Source: a virus. Taken from it: a stretch of DNA of 64,000 bases. Where the stretch lies: the IMG/VR virus record IMGVR_UViG_3300033186_000010, positions 1-64,000 of that record; one strand, given 5' to 3'. Below, one piece after another: positions 26,258-35,980 of this stretch. Below the pieces are notes generated by a model that did not search any database, was not told where the DNA came from, and saw only the letters and a program-made list of their open reading frames with translations. The translations under genes and the position numbers were made by a program. The number at the start of each line of letters is the position of its first letter. Positions within the stretch are counted from its first letter, which is position 1.

Positions 26258-27946
26258 ATGAAATTTTCCAATGAATGGGTAACCTACCTAGACAGGGGTT
26301 ACAATAGGGTTAGGGACTCTCTGATAGCTAGGCTAAAAATAAAGGTACCTGAGATTACAGATTTTTCTGAGAACCATATCCTGATAGTGATTATCGAAAT
26401 GTTTTCTGGTATCTCAGAACAAATCAATGCCTACATAGATAACCTATCTAGAGAATCCTTCTTGTCATCCGCAAGGAGGTTTAGTAGTGTTTTAAAACAT
26501 GCAAGAGCCTACGACTATCATATTAAGTCGAGGATTCCTGCTTCAGTAGATTTAACCTTCTACTTAGAAAACTCGGATGGTTCTATACCAACAAATAATG
26601 CTGAACAGGTAATCCCAGTTGGTACCATAATAGAGGCTGGAGGGGTACAATTCATAACCATAGATCAAGGCTATATTCCTGCGGGTAGTACCGAAGTAAC
26701 TGTACCAGCCTACCAACAAGAATCGGTAGTTAATGATAACATAGGTAGAACAAATGGATTTGCTAATCAGATACTAAGATTACCTGCTAACATCTCGGAG
26801 GGAACTCTCCAATTGGTAATCGATGGGCAAATCTATATATTTAAAGAAACCTTAGCTAAGTCGGATTACATGGATGCTCATTTCACTACAACCCTTGCTG
26901 TTGACAAAACTCCGGTAGTGGTATTTGGAAATGGGATACAAGGGGTAATTCCTAATCGTGATAAGGATGTTATAGCCACATACAAAACCACATTGGGTAA
27001 AGATGGAAATGATGTTCAGGCTTTAACTATCGATACAATAACCTCCCAAATCTCATTAACAGGGTTGGACGATGATTTACTAAAGGTTAAAAATGAGTTA
27101 GCTCCAACAGGGGGATCGGAAGTAGAATCCATGGAATCGATTAGGAAGAACTCAGTACTAAGCCTAAGAACATTGGAATATGCAGTAACCGAATCTGACC
27201 ATGAAGATATTGCCAAGCTGGCACCTGGGGTTGCAGATGCTGTACTAAGATATACCCACCCAAGATATCTGGAGATATTCATCAGCCCGATTAATGGTGG
27301 AGCTGCTTCCTCAGCCCTTATACAAAGTACATACGATTATATCTTTAGCCGAAGATTACTGGGCAGAAACATTACAGTAAAATCAGCTGGGCAAACTGAA
27401 ATACTTTTATCTTTTACCCTTGCTACAAAGTTCAGGCATGATGCTACTACCAACACCAACGAGGTAGCTTTAGCCCTACTGGATTTCTATTCTGCCCAGA
27501 AATCTAACATCAACAGGGCCATCAGATACTCAGATATAATCTCAATCATAGAAGAGAATCAGTCTACGGATTATGTTACCATTACTAAGTTGAGTACAAA
27601 GCCATTACCTAAACCTTTGGGTAATAATACAAAAACTTTAATAGCTACTACACTAGAAGTACTCCCTACATCAACGGAAAGAGCTTCATGGAGGATTAGT
27701 TATGCGGGTACTCAATTTGTATTATACCGAGACGGAAAAGCTCAATTGGCTGTGGCATTCGATACAGAATATACCTCAGCCGATGGGTCCTTACAATTGA
27801 GAATCCCAAATGGGGCTTATGATACTGGGGATACTTGGGAATTTAATACCTACCCATATAATAATGATATGGAGATTAATGATTATACCCTACCAGTACT
27901 ATCGGTAACAAACCTTAATATTCACAACGTAGAGAAAATCGTATAA
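26258..27946 (+). CDS. baseplate J-like wedge protein
   Basis: 562 aa, directly after the gp25-like gene, as in the P2/Mu-type W-J-I order. Confidence 0.65.
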   Translation: MKFSNEWVTYLDRGYNRVRDSLIARLKIKVPEITDFSENHILIVIIEMFSGISEQINAYIDNLSRESFLSSARRFSSVLKHARAYDYHIKSRIPASVDLTFYLENSDGSIPTNNAEQVIPVGTIIEAGGVQFITIDQGYIPAGSTEVTVPAYQQESVVNDNIGRTNGFANQILRLPANISEGTLQLVIDGQIYIFKETLAKSDYMDAHFTTTLAVDKTPVVVFGNGIQGVIPNRDKDVIATYKTTLGKDGNDVQALTIDTITSQISLTGLDDDLLKVKNELAPTGGSEVESMESIRKNSVLSLRTLEYAVTESDHEDIAKLAPGVADAVLRYTHPRYLEIFISPINGGAASSALIQSTYDYIFSRRLLGRNITVKSAGQTEILLSFTLATKFRHDATTNTNEVALALLDFYSAQKSNINRAIRYSDIISIIEENQSTDYVTITKLSTKPLPKPLGNNTKTLIATTLEVLPTSTERASWRISYAGTQFVLYRDGKAQLAVAFDTEYTSADGSLQLRIPNGAYDTGDTWEFNTYPYNNDMEINDYTLPVLSVTNLNIHNVEKIV

Positions 27947-27948
27947 CC

Positions 27949-28635
27949 ATGCTAAAAGATCTATTCAACAGTTTCTTTCAAATCTATGAAAAGGAAGCTG
28001 ATACATACAAGGATACAGATGGCCGGGGTATTTTCGAAAGGTATATTGAGATATTCCAAATAGAATTAACCAGTGAGATAATACCAGCTGGGGAAAACTT
28101 CTTGGATATGAAGGATGCCTGGAATACTCCAGAAAGATTTCTCACCGTAATCTCGGAAAGTTTTGGTAATCCCCCAAACCTACTAGCTAATAATGCAATT
28201 GGGAAGGATCATTTCAATAGGGGCTTACTTCAGCATTATGTACCTCTGAGAAAACTAAAGGGTACCTACGAGGGGATAAGGATGATATTTGCATATCTGG
28301 GATACCGAGTAACTATAAATGAGAAATTAGAAACTGAGTTTTATTATGACTCTGTTGATACTGGGAAACTATACCATAAATATGACGATGGCCATTTTTA
28401 TGATTCCCCAATACCCGATTTCGGGACTTACGATGTGGCCATCATCTCACATCATCCCGATGCGTTACCATTAACCGATGACCTTATCACAAAGATATAT
28501 CCTATAATACACTGGATGGAGCCTATAGATATGAGGCTAAAATCCATAAGTACTGCTTCTCAAATAATCATGTTGGAAAGTGGGTTAGGTATATTGAGTA
28601 CAGAACAAGGTGCTTACTTCGAAGTTGAATCCTAA
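27949..28635 (+). CDS. baseplate/tail protein I-like (by position)
   Basis: 228 aa following the J-like gene. Confidence 0.45.
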   Translation: MLKDLFNSFFQIYEKEADTYKDTDGRGIFERYIEIFQIELTSEIIPAGENFLDMKDAWNTPERFLTVISESFGNPPNLLANNAIGKDHFNRGLLQHYVPLRKLKGTYEGIRMIFAYLGYRVTINEKLETEFYYDSVDTGKLYHKYDDGHFYDSPIPDFGTYDVAIISHHPDALPLTDDLITKIYPIIHWMEPIDMRLKSISTASQIIMLESGLGILSTEQGAYFEVES

Positions 28636-28649
28636 AATCCAAAATACAA

Positions 28650-29399
28650 ATGGCCACAATAGCTGAATTAGAAATACAAATCCAACAATTACAGAATTCA
28701 TTTACTAGGTTGGAACAGTCCCTGAATAAAACCAAAATCTCTGAATTGGTATCAGCGGACTCAATAAATGATACAGATATTATCCCAATGGTTCAGGCTG
28801 GGGTAACTAAACGTATCACACGACAAACTTTCTTATCTGGGCTAAACTTACACTTAGCTGCGGATAAGGATTATGATACTATACAAGATAGGGATGCGGA
28901 TAAAGCTAACCTTACTCATGGGGAAAATGTCTTTGTGGAAGATGCCTCTGGGGACCCCACCGTAAACCATGGATGGGCTATCTATAGATATGACAAACCC
29001 AAAGATGTTTTCCACAAACTATCGGAACAGGAGGGTATAGACTTCTCCTTAACCGACTACCTTAAAAAGAGTGATAATCTAGCTGGGCTGACAGATAAAG
29101 CTGCTGCAAGGAGTAATCTGGATATCTTCAGTACAACTGAGATGAATTCCAAGTTAACTACCATCCAGAATATGATCAAGGTCAGGACCCAAGCTATTAG
29201 CGGCAATACCCTAATATCATTAACAGGGCAATCTGATGCTAACTACTATGTTCAGATCATCGAATATGTAGGTACTTCAGGGAACAGAGTATGGTCTGGG
29301 TATCAGGTAACGAGCCAGCAACAAAACTCATTCAACTTTGTACCCCCAACAAGGTATTCATCAGGAACTTTATATTATAGAATTGTAAACAAAGATTAA
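28650..29399 (+). CDS. tail fiber-associated protein with N-terminal coiled coil
   Basis: 249-aa ORF with N-terminus IAELEIQIQQLQNSFTRLEQSL. Confidence 0.4.
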   Translation: MATIAELEIQIQQLQNSFTRLEQSLNKTKISELVSADSINDTDIIPMVQAGVTKRITRQTFLSGLNLHLAADKDYDTIQDRDADKANLTHGENVFVEDASGDPTVNHGWAIYRYDKPKDVFHKLSEQEGIDFSLTDYLKKSDNLAGLTDKAAARSNLDIFSTTEMNSKLTTIQNMIKVRTQAISGNTLISLTGQSDANYYVQIIEYVGTSGNRVWSGYQVTSQQQNSFNFVPPTRYSSGTLYYRIVNKD

Positions 29400-29412
29400 A
29401 AACGTGAAAACT

Positions 29413-32400
29413 ATGAGAAAATTACTATTGCTAGTGGTATTACTTACCACATTTATTATTTCTTCTCAAGCTCAATATCATGAAGAGCTAGAAACAGAGA
29501 AATTAACTGTATTCCCAAATACTCTGGGAGCTGTAGAACAGGCAGGAACATTTAAAGTAGGAACAGATAACTTCCTATATATCTCTGACGGTACCCAGTG
29601 GAATAAAATTCCTAAGGGCCAAGTAGAAACTTTGATAGATAACTTAACCATCGGTAAGAGAGCTGATGGTTCCATTGTTTCTATCGATAATATAAGACCT
29701 TACACAAGTGATGCTCAATTCAGGGGAGATTATGTTGGGGTAGCTTACGCCGAGGATGGAGATCCTACTATCTACATGGAATCTTATAATACGGGTAAAG
29801 CCAAAGAATTCATGGTATTATCGGATTATAATAACGAAGGTATAATAGCTACATACCAAGCCGGGACCAGTATATATGAAGCCGGTAGCAGCACTACTCA
29901 GGGAAAGAGAATGTATAGGGTAATCAGCTTTAAATACTATTCAGGAGAAGATGGCCTAAGCTATGATAGAAGTACTCATCCTGTAGATGTCCAGGTTACT
30001 GATGCTACTGAGTATATCCCCGATCTTCAGATATTACCCACGGATTTGGAAAGTGATGCCTATGTACCTATGTTCTTAATCTCTTACATAATGCCGGCAC
30101 CCGGGGCTGATATACCAACAGGAAGTGTAAGATTAGTGAATCTATTCCGGAAGTATCAATTCAAGGAATTCGATGGTGGTACAATAAGATATAATGACTG
30201 GGGAACTATTAGGGCTAGTCAGGGCTTAGATGAATGCTATTTTTCTAAGGGGGCATTTGTATTAAATGAGCCTACCTTCAGTGTAACACTATCGGGAGCA
30301 GCTTTATTAAACTATACCTCAGATATACCGGTTAAATTACTTTCGTATGGGGCCACTACAACTGTACACGATTATACTATAAACCGATCCACAAACTTTC
30401 AAAGTCAACTAAATAGGCCTGGTATAAATTACGGTATAACTACGGTAGTGATAGATACTAGGGGCCAGGTAGAAACTAAGAATTTCTTTACCACTCAACA
30501 TACAGTTACCCCAAACTGGTACTCAGTGATGAATACCCTAGATGGTAGAGAAAATGTACCATTATTTACCTTGGTATACTCATACTCTAACGGGGTTATT
30601 GACTCAAAGAGTCTTAAAATATATAACTGGGTAACACAGGGATTACAAGATGCAGGTGGTGGAGGAGCTTCACATGATCCTGTAACTGTCTCAGGTAAAA
30701 CCTATGCTACTCTAACAGATCAACACTTAACCCTAAATGATATAAACCTATCCACAGATGTAACAAATATCCTAGGCACCAGTCATGGGGGTACGGGTAG
30801 TTCTACAAAAAACTTTGTTGACTTATCCAGTTCCCAAACTGTAAGGGGGATGAAGAACTTCTATAGCTGGCTTAGGGCTAATGATGGGGCTCAGATATCT
30901 AACTCAGTATCTACATCCTCTGATCCTATATTATCCCTAAGGAATACCTATTCCACACCGGGTAGGAATGTTAACTTTATACAGTCAGCTAAAAACTCTT
31001 CCAGCCAATACGTAAATACAGCTATCTTCCAAAGTAGGTTAATAACCTATGATGATGGTAGTGAGAATTCTTTGGCTAAGATTCTGGTTTTAAACAATGG
31101 AGCTACCAACTCATACGTATTTAACCCAGATGGTACCTTTACTACACCGGGCTTATTAATCTCTACTAATCCTGGAACTGGTAAGGTATTAACTTCAGAT
31201 CAATTTGGTAATGCAACTTGGCAAGATGCCTCTGGAGGTGGTGGGACTTTACAGAGTGTTACAGAAGCAGGAGCAACTACCAACCAAAACGTAACTTTTA
31301 ATGGTCAGGTTGAGGTATTATATGCGAGTGATAATAGCCCAAAATATCAGGTAAATATTTCAAATGAGGATGAAACTGAGTTTAGTAACTTAGTTATTAA
31401 TCATACAAAAACCACTATTACCACTGAGAGTGAGGATGATTATAACCAACTTATTATACATCCCGATAAAACTACTTTTAGGACCTCGATCCTAGAATTA
31501 GGGACAGGGAGCCCAGGCTCAGACAAAATCCTTTATGCCAATAATGGAGATACCTATAGACCCTACTTCAAATATGACGAAAGTGAAAATGCCTGGAAGT
31601 TTTCTAATGATGGCCAAACATCTGTCAGTTTAGGTGGAGGTGGATCAGCTGGTACTCTACAGAGTGTTACAGATGGTGGGGCCACTACCACTAACGCATT
31701 AACCTTAAGCGGGGGATTAAATATAGCCAATGATCTTAGGGCTTATACAGGTAATGCGGTTAAAGGTTGTATAAGATTAATTGAGCAATCACCCGGTGCA
31801 GCCTATACACTAGGGGGATACATATGTTCAAATGGGGTTAATAACTCGGTTACTATTGGGGTTCATAATGCCTTCGATCAAAATCCTTCTAATGACAAGG
31901 ATTGTATAATAATGCCTAGGTCGGGTGCTACAGTAGAACTATATGCTAATACCGTAAAGAGATTTGAAACCAACTATAGTGGGGCTGAGATTTTTGGTAG
32001 GACTGTTACTGATGACTTAACCATTCAAACTGGGGCTGGAGCTGGTAAGGTTTGGACTTGCTCCGATGCAAATGGAGTTGGGTCATGGCAAGATGCCTCT
32101 GGGGGAAGTCAATTTAATGAGGCTTGGCAAACACCTTCTGGAGCAGCCCCAACCATAGACCTTTCACAGGGTATAAATCTAGAAATGACTTTCACCAGTG
32201 CCACAGCAATTACCTTTAATAATGCCCAAGATGGTATGCAAGGTATAATGATAATACACCAAGATGCTACAGGGGGTAGGGATATAATCTTTAATGATCC
32301 TCACAAGGTAATCAACGGGGGTAATGGTCAGGTACAATTAACCCAAACAGGTACAGCCACAGATATCATTACATGGGTATACCGTAACGGTACATTCTAT

Positions 32401-32427
32401 ATTAACACTGGAAATAACTACAACTAA
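29413..32427 (+). CDS. large tail fiber-like protein with signal-peptide-like N-terminus
   Basis: About 1004 aa from the ATG at 29413 (the ORF track uses GTG at 29404). N-terminus MRKLLLLVVLLTTFIISSQAQ. Repeated W-QDASGGGGTLQSVT-GATT modules occur near nt 31210, 31630 and 32090. Confidence 0.6.
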   Translation: MRKLLLLVVLLTTFIISSQAQYHEELETEKLTVFPNTLGAVEQAGTFKVGTDNFLYISDGTQWNKIPKGQVETLIDNLTIGKRADGSIVSIDNIRPYTSDAQFRGDYVGVAYAEDGDPTIYMESYNTGKAKEFMVLSDYNNEGIIATYQAGTSIYEAGSSTTQGKRMYRVISFKYYSGEDGLSYDRSTHPVDVQVTDATEYIPDLQILPTDLESDAYVPMFLISYIMPAPGADIPTGSVRLVNLFRKYQFKEFDGGTIRYNDWGTIRASQGLDECYFSKGAFVLNEPTFSVTLSGAALLNYTSDIPVKLLSYGATTTVHDYTINRSTNFQSQLNRPGINYGITTVVIDTRGQVETKNFFTTQHTVTPNWYSVMNTLDGRENVPLFTLVYSYSNGVIDSKSLKIYNWVTQGLQDAGGGGASHDPVTVSGKTYATLTDQHLTLNDINLSTDVTNILGTSHGGTGSSTKNFVDLSSSQTVRGMKNFYSWLRANDGAQISNSVSTSSDPILSLRNTYSTPGRNVNFIQSAKNSSSQYVNTAIFQSRLITYDDGSENSLAKILVLNNGATNSYVFNPDGTFTTPGLLISTNPGTGKVLTSDQFGNATWQDASGGGGTLQSVTEAGATTNQNVTFNGQVEVLYASDNSPKYQVNISNEDETEFSNLVINHTKTTITTESEDDYNQLIIHPDKTTFRTSILELGTGSPGSDKILYANNGDTYRPYFKYDESENAWKFSNDGQTSVSLGGGGSAGTLQSVTDGGATTTNALTLSGGLNIANDLRAYTGNAVKGCIRLIEQSPGAAYTLGGYICSNGVNNSVTIGVHNAFDQNPSNDKDCIIMPRSGATVELYANTVKRFETNYSGAEIFGRTVTDDLTIQTGAGAGKVWTCSDANGVGSWQDASGGSQFNEAWQTPSGAAPTIDLSQGINLEMTFTSATAITFNNAQDGMQGIMIIHQDATGGRDIIFNDPHKVINGGNGQVQLTQTGTATDIITWVYRNGTFYINTGNNYN

Positions 32428-33038
32428 TGAGAACTTTACTAACTATATTAATACTTATTCTGAGCCTAAGTGGGAGGGCTCAGAATATTGCTATGTTCCA
32501 CGGACATAATGCTACTATCCCAGAACTACATGTCCAACCCCCAATGTACTACTTGTACCAAAGTTATCCCGATGATCCGGGTATTACTTACCTATATCCT
32601 CAGGGATACCCATCACTACTAATATCCCAATGGAAAGTAACAACGGATGTGGATATTTATACCACATTTCATTTACCAACTATCCCCGCTAATGCTGAAA
32701 AGGTAATAGTAAATTTTTACATCGATAGGATTAGTTCTGATGTAACTGGTCAACTACCAGCAATCGGGGTATACTTTGTGGATTGGTCAACAGGTACTCC
32801 AAGTAAAGATGATTTTGTCCTAGCTGCCAACAAGGTATACCCAATAAGTTTTCAAGGCCCAGGTAAGTATAGAGTAATACTCCCAGCATCAGAATGCAGG
32901 TTACATCCCAGCTTAGGTATTGGGGGGTTAGCTTTCTTCGGTGGGGAGCTACCTCCAGATAGCGGAAGATACTCAGCGTACCTAGAAACAGGTAAAGTAG
33001 CTAATACCGGAAGGATTACATTCCTATTCCTATACTAA
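32427..33038 (+). CDS. hypothetical protein with signal-peptide-like N-terminus
   Basis: 203 aa, MRTLLTILILILSLSGRAQ. The start overlaps the upstream stop (TAATG). Confidence 0.45.
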   Translation: MRTLLTILILILSLSGRAQNIAMFHGHNATIPELHVQPPMYYLYQSYPDDPGITYLYPQGYPSLLISQWKVTTDVDIYTTFHLPTIPANAEKVIVNFYIDRISSDVTGQLPAIGVYFVDWSTGTPSKDDFVLAANKVYPISFQGPGKYRVILPASECRLHPSLGIGGLAFFGGELPPDSGRYSAYLETGKVANTGRITFLFLY

Positions 33039-33118
33039 GTATCCAGAGCGAACAATATCAATGGTGCTTAATATAATAGCTATGTCAAATCACACCGAAT
33101 ATTAAAAAATCTCTCACA

Positions 33119-33397
33119 ATGGACGGATTCATTAACTACCTGGAAGTCTTTTCCGAGAAATTATATCCTGTATTACAAAAACATTTCCTATCTGGGTCAG
33201 GTGGGATTGGGGGTATAGTTTATGGCCTTAATTCAAAAGTAATCCTATTGGATATTACATTACCTGGCCTCACCGATGCAATCATATTGGCAGCAGTGGG
33301 TTCATTAATTGGTATCATAGTGGGAGAAATATATAAAGGGTTAAAAAAACTCTTTAAATCTCTTTGGAAATCACTAGTAAATAAATTAAGAAGATAA
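33119..33397 (+). CDS. small membrane protein; holin candidate
   Basis: 92 aa with two hydrophobic segments and a basic C-terminus KGLKKLFKSLWKSLVNKLRR. Confidence 0.35.
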   Translation: MDGFINYLEVFSEKLYPVLQKHFLSGSGGIGGIVYGLNSKVILLDITLPGLTDAIILAAVGSLIGIIVGEIYKGLKKLFKSLWKSLVNKLRR

Positions 33398-35142
33398 TGT
33401 CAACTAATTCACGACAGTTTAATAAGTACAAAGATCCAGTACTATCCTTCGATAGATTACTGGAGAGGGCTGGGATTATGCCTCCTGGAAGATACCGAGG
33501 CTTTGATACCATAGCTCCATCTGCTAGCCCTGTATCAGGGAAGATAGCTATTAAACTACAGCATACAACATCGGGGGTACAGGTAATAACCCAGTCAGGT
33601 ACACTTAGTGATCTTATTGGAATTGCCATAACCCCACAAGGGACAATTATACATGAGGAGGGAGAACTTGATCTTCCTTCTCTTGTTGTTGATTTTAACC
33701 AAGGTACTAAAGCTCGTAGGGATATCCTGGTATTGGAACATACCTATCAGGATAATATCCCAGGTGAGAATCCTCCAACCTACCTAATCATAAAAGGTAC
33801 ACCGGCGAATACTCCAGTTGAGCCATCCTTAACTAACCCAGATACTCAATTAATCTTGGGCTATATCGATGTACCGATAAACTCAACCACAGTTAGTGAT
33901 ATATACTATCACCCTGCAGTGGTACCTGAGTTTTCAAAGTCCGGTAGGATAACGGCACTGGAAGATGTATTTGATAAAGCTGCTACTCTTCAAAAGATAG
34001 GTACCCACAATGTAAATGTTTACGAGGGTATAACCAATGTGGAGGGAGAGGGTACATCTATTTATGATGATGCTACCAACCAGCTAAAAATACACGATGA
34101 TGGTAATATATTTAAGTTAGCTGCTGATATCCCATCTGGTGCTATGATTAAGCATATCTACCCAGAGACGGGGAATTGGCTTAGACCAAATACAATTATC
34201 TTTGTAGTAAATAACTCGACTAAACCTGTAAGATTAGTTGAGGGGGGTAATATTAAAATACTAGCAGATGGTACTACAGACCACCCACAAGGGCTAACTC
34301 TAAAGGGTCCACATGGGGCCATAGCATTAGCCTACAACTTGGGGGCTTGGGTACCAGCTCACTCCTATATACAAAGGCAATTGAGATACTTAAGAGAGGA
34401 AGTAGACAGGAAAGCTTACAGGGATCATGTCTATACCAGGGTCGAAATCGATGCTGCTCACTTAGGTATGATCGAGGCTTTAAAGAAGTGGGTAACTGAT
34501 AACTTCGAACTTAAAGGAGGAGATCCACCACCAATCCCTGTAGACATTTCTATAAACGTGGACAATAGCCAAATCGAAATACCTTCAGACCTTGTTACTC
34601 AGGACTTCGAAGTAACAGTACAAGGGGGTACAACTAACAAGTGGGAGATAGTATCTAAACCAACATGGGTCACTTTGGATAACTCAATAGGGGATGAACT
34701 ACCATCTGGATCAGCAGTTAGGGTAGATGCATCTGCAAACGATACAGGCAACGACAGAGAAGGAACCATTTCTGTAAGGTCGGTAGAAGATACTTCTAAA
34801 ACTCTAGATATCAAGGTAATTCAAAGGAGTGTAGAACTTGCGGTGGTACCCCAGTATACCGTGAAGTCAATAGGACGTGGAGGAGGAAGTTTGAGTTACG
34901 TATCTGTATCCGTGGAGGGATCTTCTCAGGGATTTACTGTTCAAACAATATACCCAGAATCTACATGGGGAACTGGCTGGATGACCGCAACACCAGGACA
35001 GCACTCTTCAGGAGCTAGGTATGTTACTATGGAGTACCTTGCGAATTCACATCCGCATTCCCGAAAAGTGCTGGTTAAATTAATATCTGAAGAAGATCCT
35101 TCAGTATCTGCAATAATTACTATAACTCAAGCGAGGAGTTAA
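33397..35142 (+). CDS. tail fiber / receptor-binding candidate with two C-terminal BACON-like domains
   Basis: 581 aa. WEIVSKPTWVTLDNS...DREGTISVRS...DIKVIQ and a second repeat WMTATPG...SRKVLVKLIS...ITITQ fit the BACON pattern. Confidence 0.5.
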   Translation: MSTNSRQFNKYKDPVLSFDRLLERAGIMPPGRYRGFDTIAPSASPVSGKIAIKLQHTTSGVQVITQSGTLSDLIGIAITPQGTIIHEEGELDLPSLVVDFNQGTKARRDILVLEHTYQDNIPGENPPTYLIIKGTPANTPVEPSLTNPDTQLILGYIDVPINSTTVSDIYYHPAVVPEFSKSGRITALEDVFDKAATLQKIGTHNVNVYEGITNVEGEGTSIYDDATNQLKIHDDGNIFKLAADIPSGAMIKHIYPETGNWLRPNTIIFVVNNSTKPVRLVEGGNIKILADGTTDHPQGLTLKGPHGAIALAYNLGAWVPAHSYIQRQLRYLREEVDRKAYRDHVYTRVEIDAAHLGMIEALKKWVTDNFELKGGDPPPIPVDISINVDNSQIEIPSDLVTQDFEVTVQGGTTNKWEIVSKPTWVTLDNSIGDELPSGSAVRVDASANDTGNDREGTISVRSVEDTSKTLDIKVIQRSVELAVVPQYTVKSIGRGGGSLSYVSVSVEGSSQGFTVQTIYPESTWGTGWMTATPGQHSSGARYVTMEYLANSHPHSRKVLVKLISEEDPSVSAIITITQARS

Positions 35143-35783
35143 ACCTCTAAACAACATCCAGATTCCTTAAAATATGAGCGGGCTTGTTTTATAGCCATAT
35201 TAATTTCTTCCCGCAATTCATTAACATATTCTAAAGAATCTCTGCTATTACCCAAACTTAAGAACTCAGCTAAAACCGAAGTTGGGATTCGAGAGTTTGG
35301 GTTTTTTAGCCGTTTTAAAATAAACGGTGGTGGGTTTAATTGAAGTTCATAAATTAGGAGAGCATTCTCTGTTAAAGCCTTCTGCATAAATGCATGAGCT
35401 AATTCCAAAAATAGCTCGGCTTCATTAATCTCACTTTCATCTGGTATAATATTGATGAGTTCTTTCTCACCTTCAAGCTCTACCAAATTCTCATGAATAT
35501 CCGCCTGGTAGGCTTTTCTCAAAATTCTATATTTAAATGTAGAAAGAGAATTTAGAATGAACCCTTTAAGGGCATCAGGTTCTTTTTCTTCACAGTATTT
35601 ATTAAATACGTAGATGATTTTATCATCAAACCAGGATGCAACTATATCCTTAGATACTCCTAATCTTCGGCAGTCGATTTGGGATACTAAACGATGTTTT
35701 AATGGTTGGACTTCTTTGTAAAGCTTATTAAAAAGTTTTTCAGAATAGCCCGGCTTCATAGGTTTAAGTCTATGTGTTTCCAT
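35139..35783 (-). CDS. ECF-like sigma factor candidate
   Basis: Region 2-like LFNKLYKEVQPLKHRL...SKDIVASWFDDKIIYVFNKY...LKGFILNSL..YRILRKAY. Region 4-like IPTSVLAEFLSLGNSRDSLEYVNELREEINMAIKQAR. Confidence 0.45.
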   Translation of the reverse strand: METHRLKPMKPGYSEKLFNKLYKEVQPLKHRLVSQIDCRRLGVSKDIVASWFDDKIIYVFNKYCEEKEPDALKGFILNSLSTFKYRILRKAYQADIHENLVELEGEKELINIIPDESEINEAELFLELAHAFMQKALTENALLIYELQLNPPPFILKRLKNPNSRIPTSVLAEFLSLGNSRDSLEYVNELREEINMAIKQARSYFKESGCCLEV

Positions 35784-35830
35784 GTTAACTATTTATATTA
35801 ATACTATCTTTTGTTTGTTTAATTACTATA

Positions 35831-35838
35831 CAAATATA
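35831..35838 (-). promoter_or_regulatory. -7 box TATATTTG on the minus strand upstream of the sigma-like gene
   Basis: Plus-strand CAAATATA at 35831-35838 reads TATATTTG on the minus strand, 48 nt upstream of the start at 35783. Confidence 0.35.
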
Positions 35839-35959
35839 TATTAAAAAATACAAAGTAAAATGAATTTCAGGGTAAAATCTGGAGTACTAATATTCTAACT
35901 CATTGACTAAGAATAAAGTAACTACTATTAAACCCTAGTACTATTTAATACTGCATTAT

Positions 35960-35980
35960 ACTAAATTAAATTACGATGGC
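35960..35980 (+). promoter_or_regulatory. 21-nt leader/start-region element ACTAAATTAAATTACGATGGC, copy 1
   Basis: Identical 21-mer at 59826-59846. In both cases the ATG inside the element is the start codon. Confidence 0.6.

Noticed and set aside
29413-35142. Diversity-generating retroelement targeting the fiber genes
   Set aside because: The internal repeats in the fiber gene are in-frame protein modules. No reverse transcriptase or template/variable repeat pair is visible in the window.
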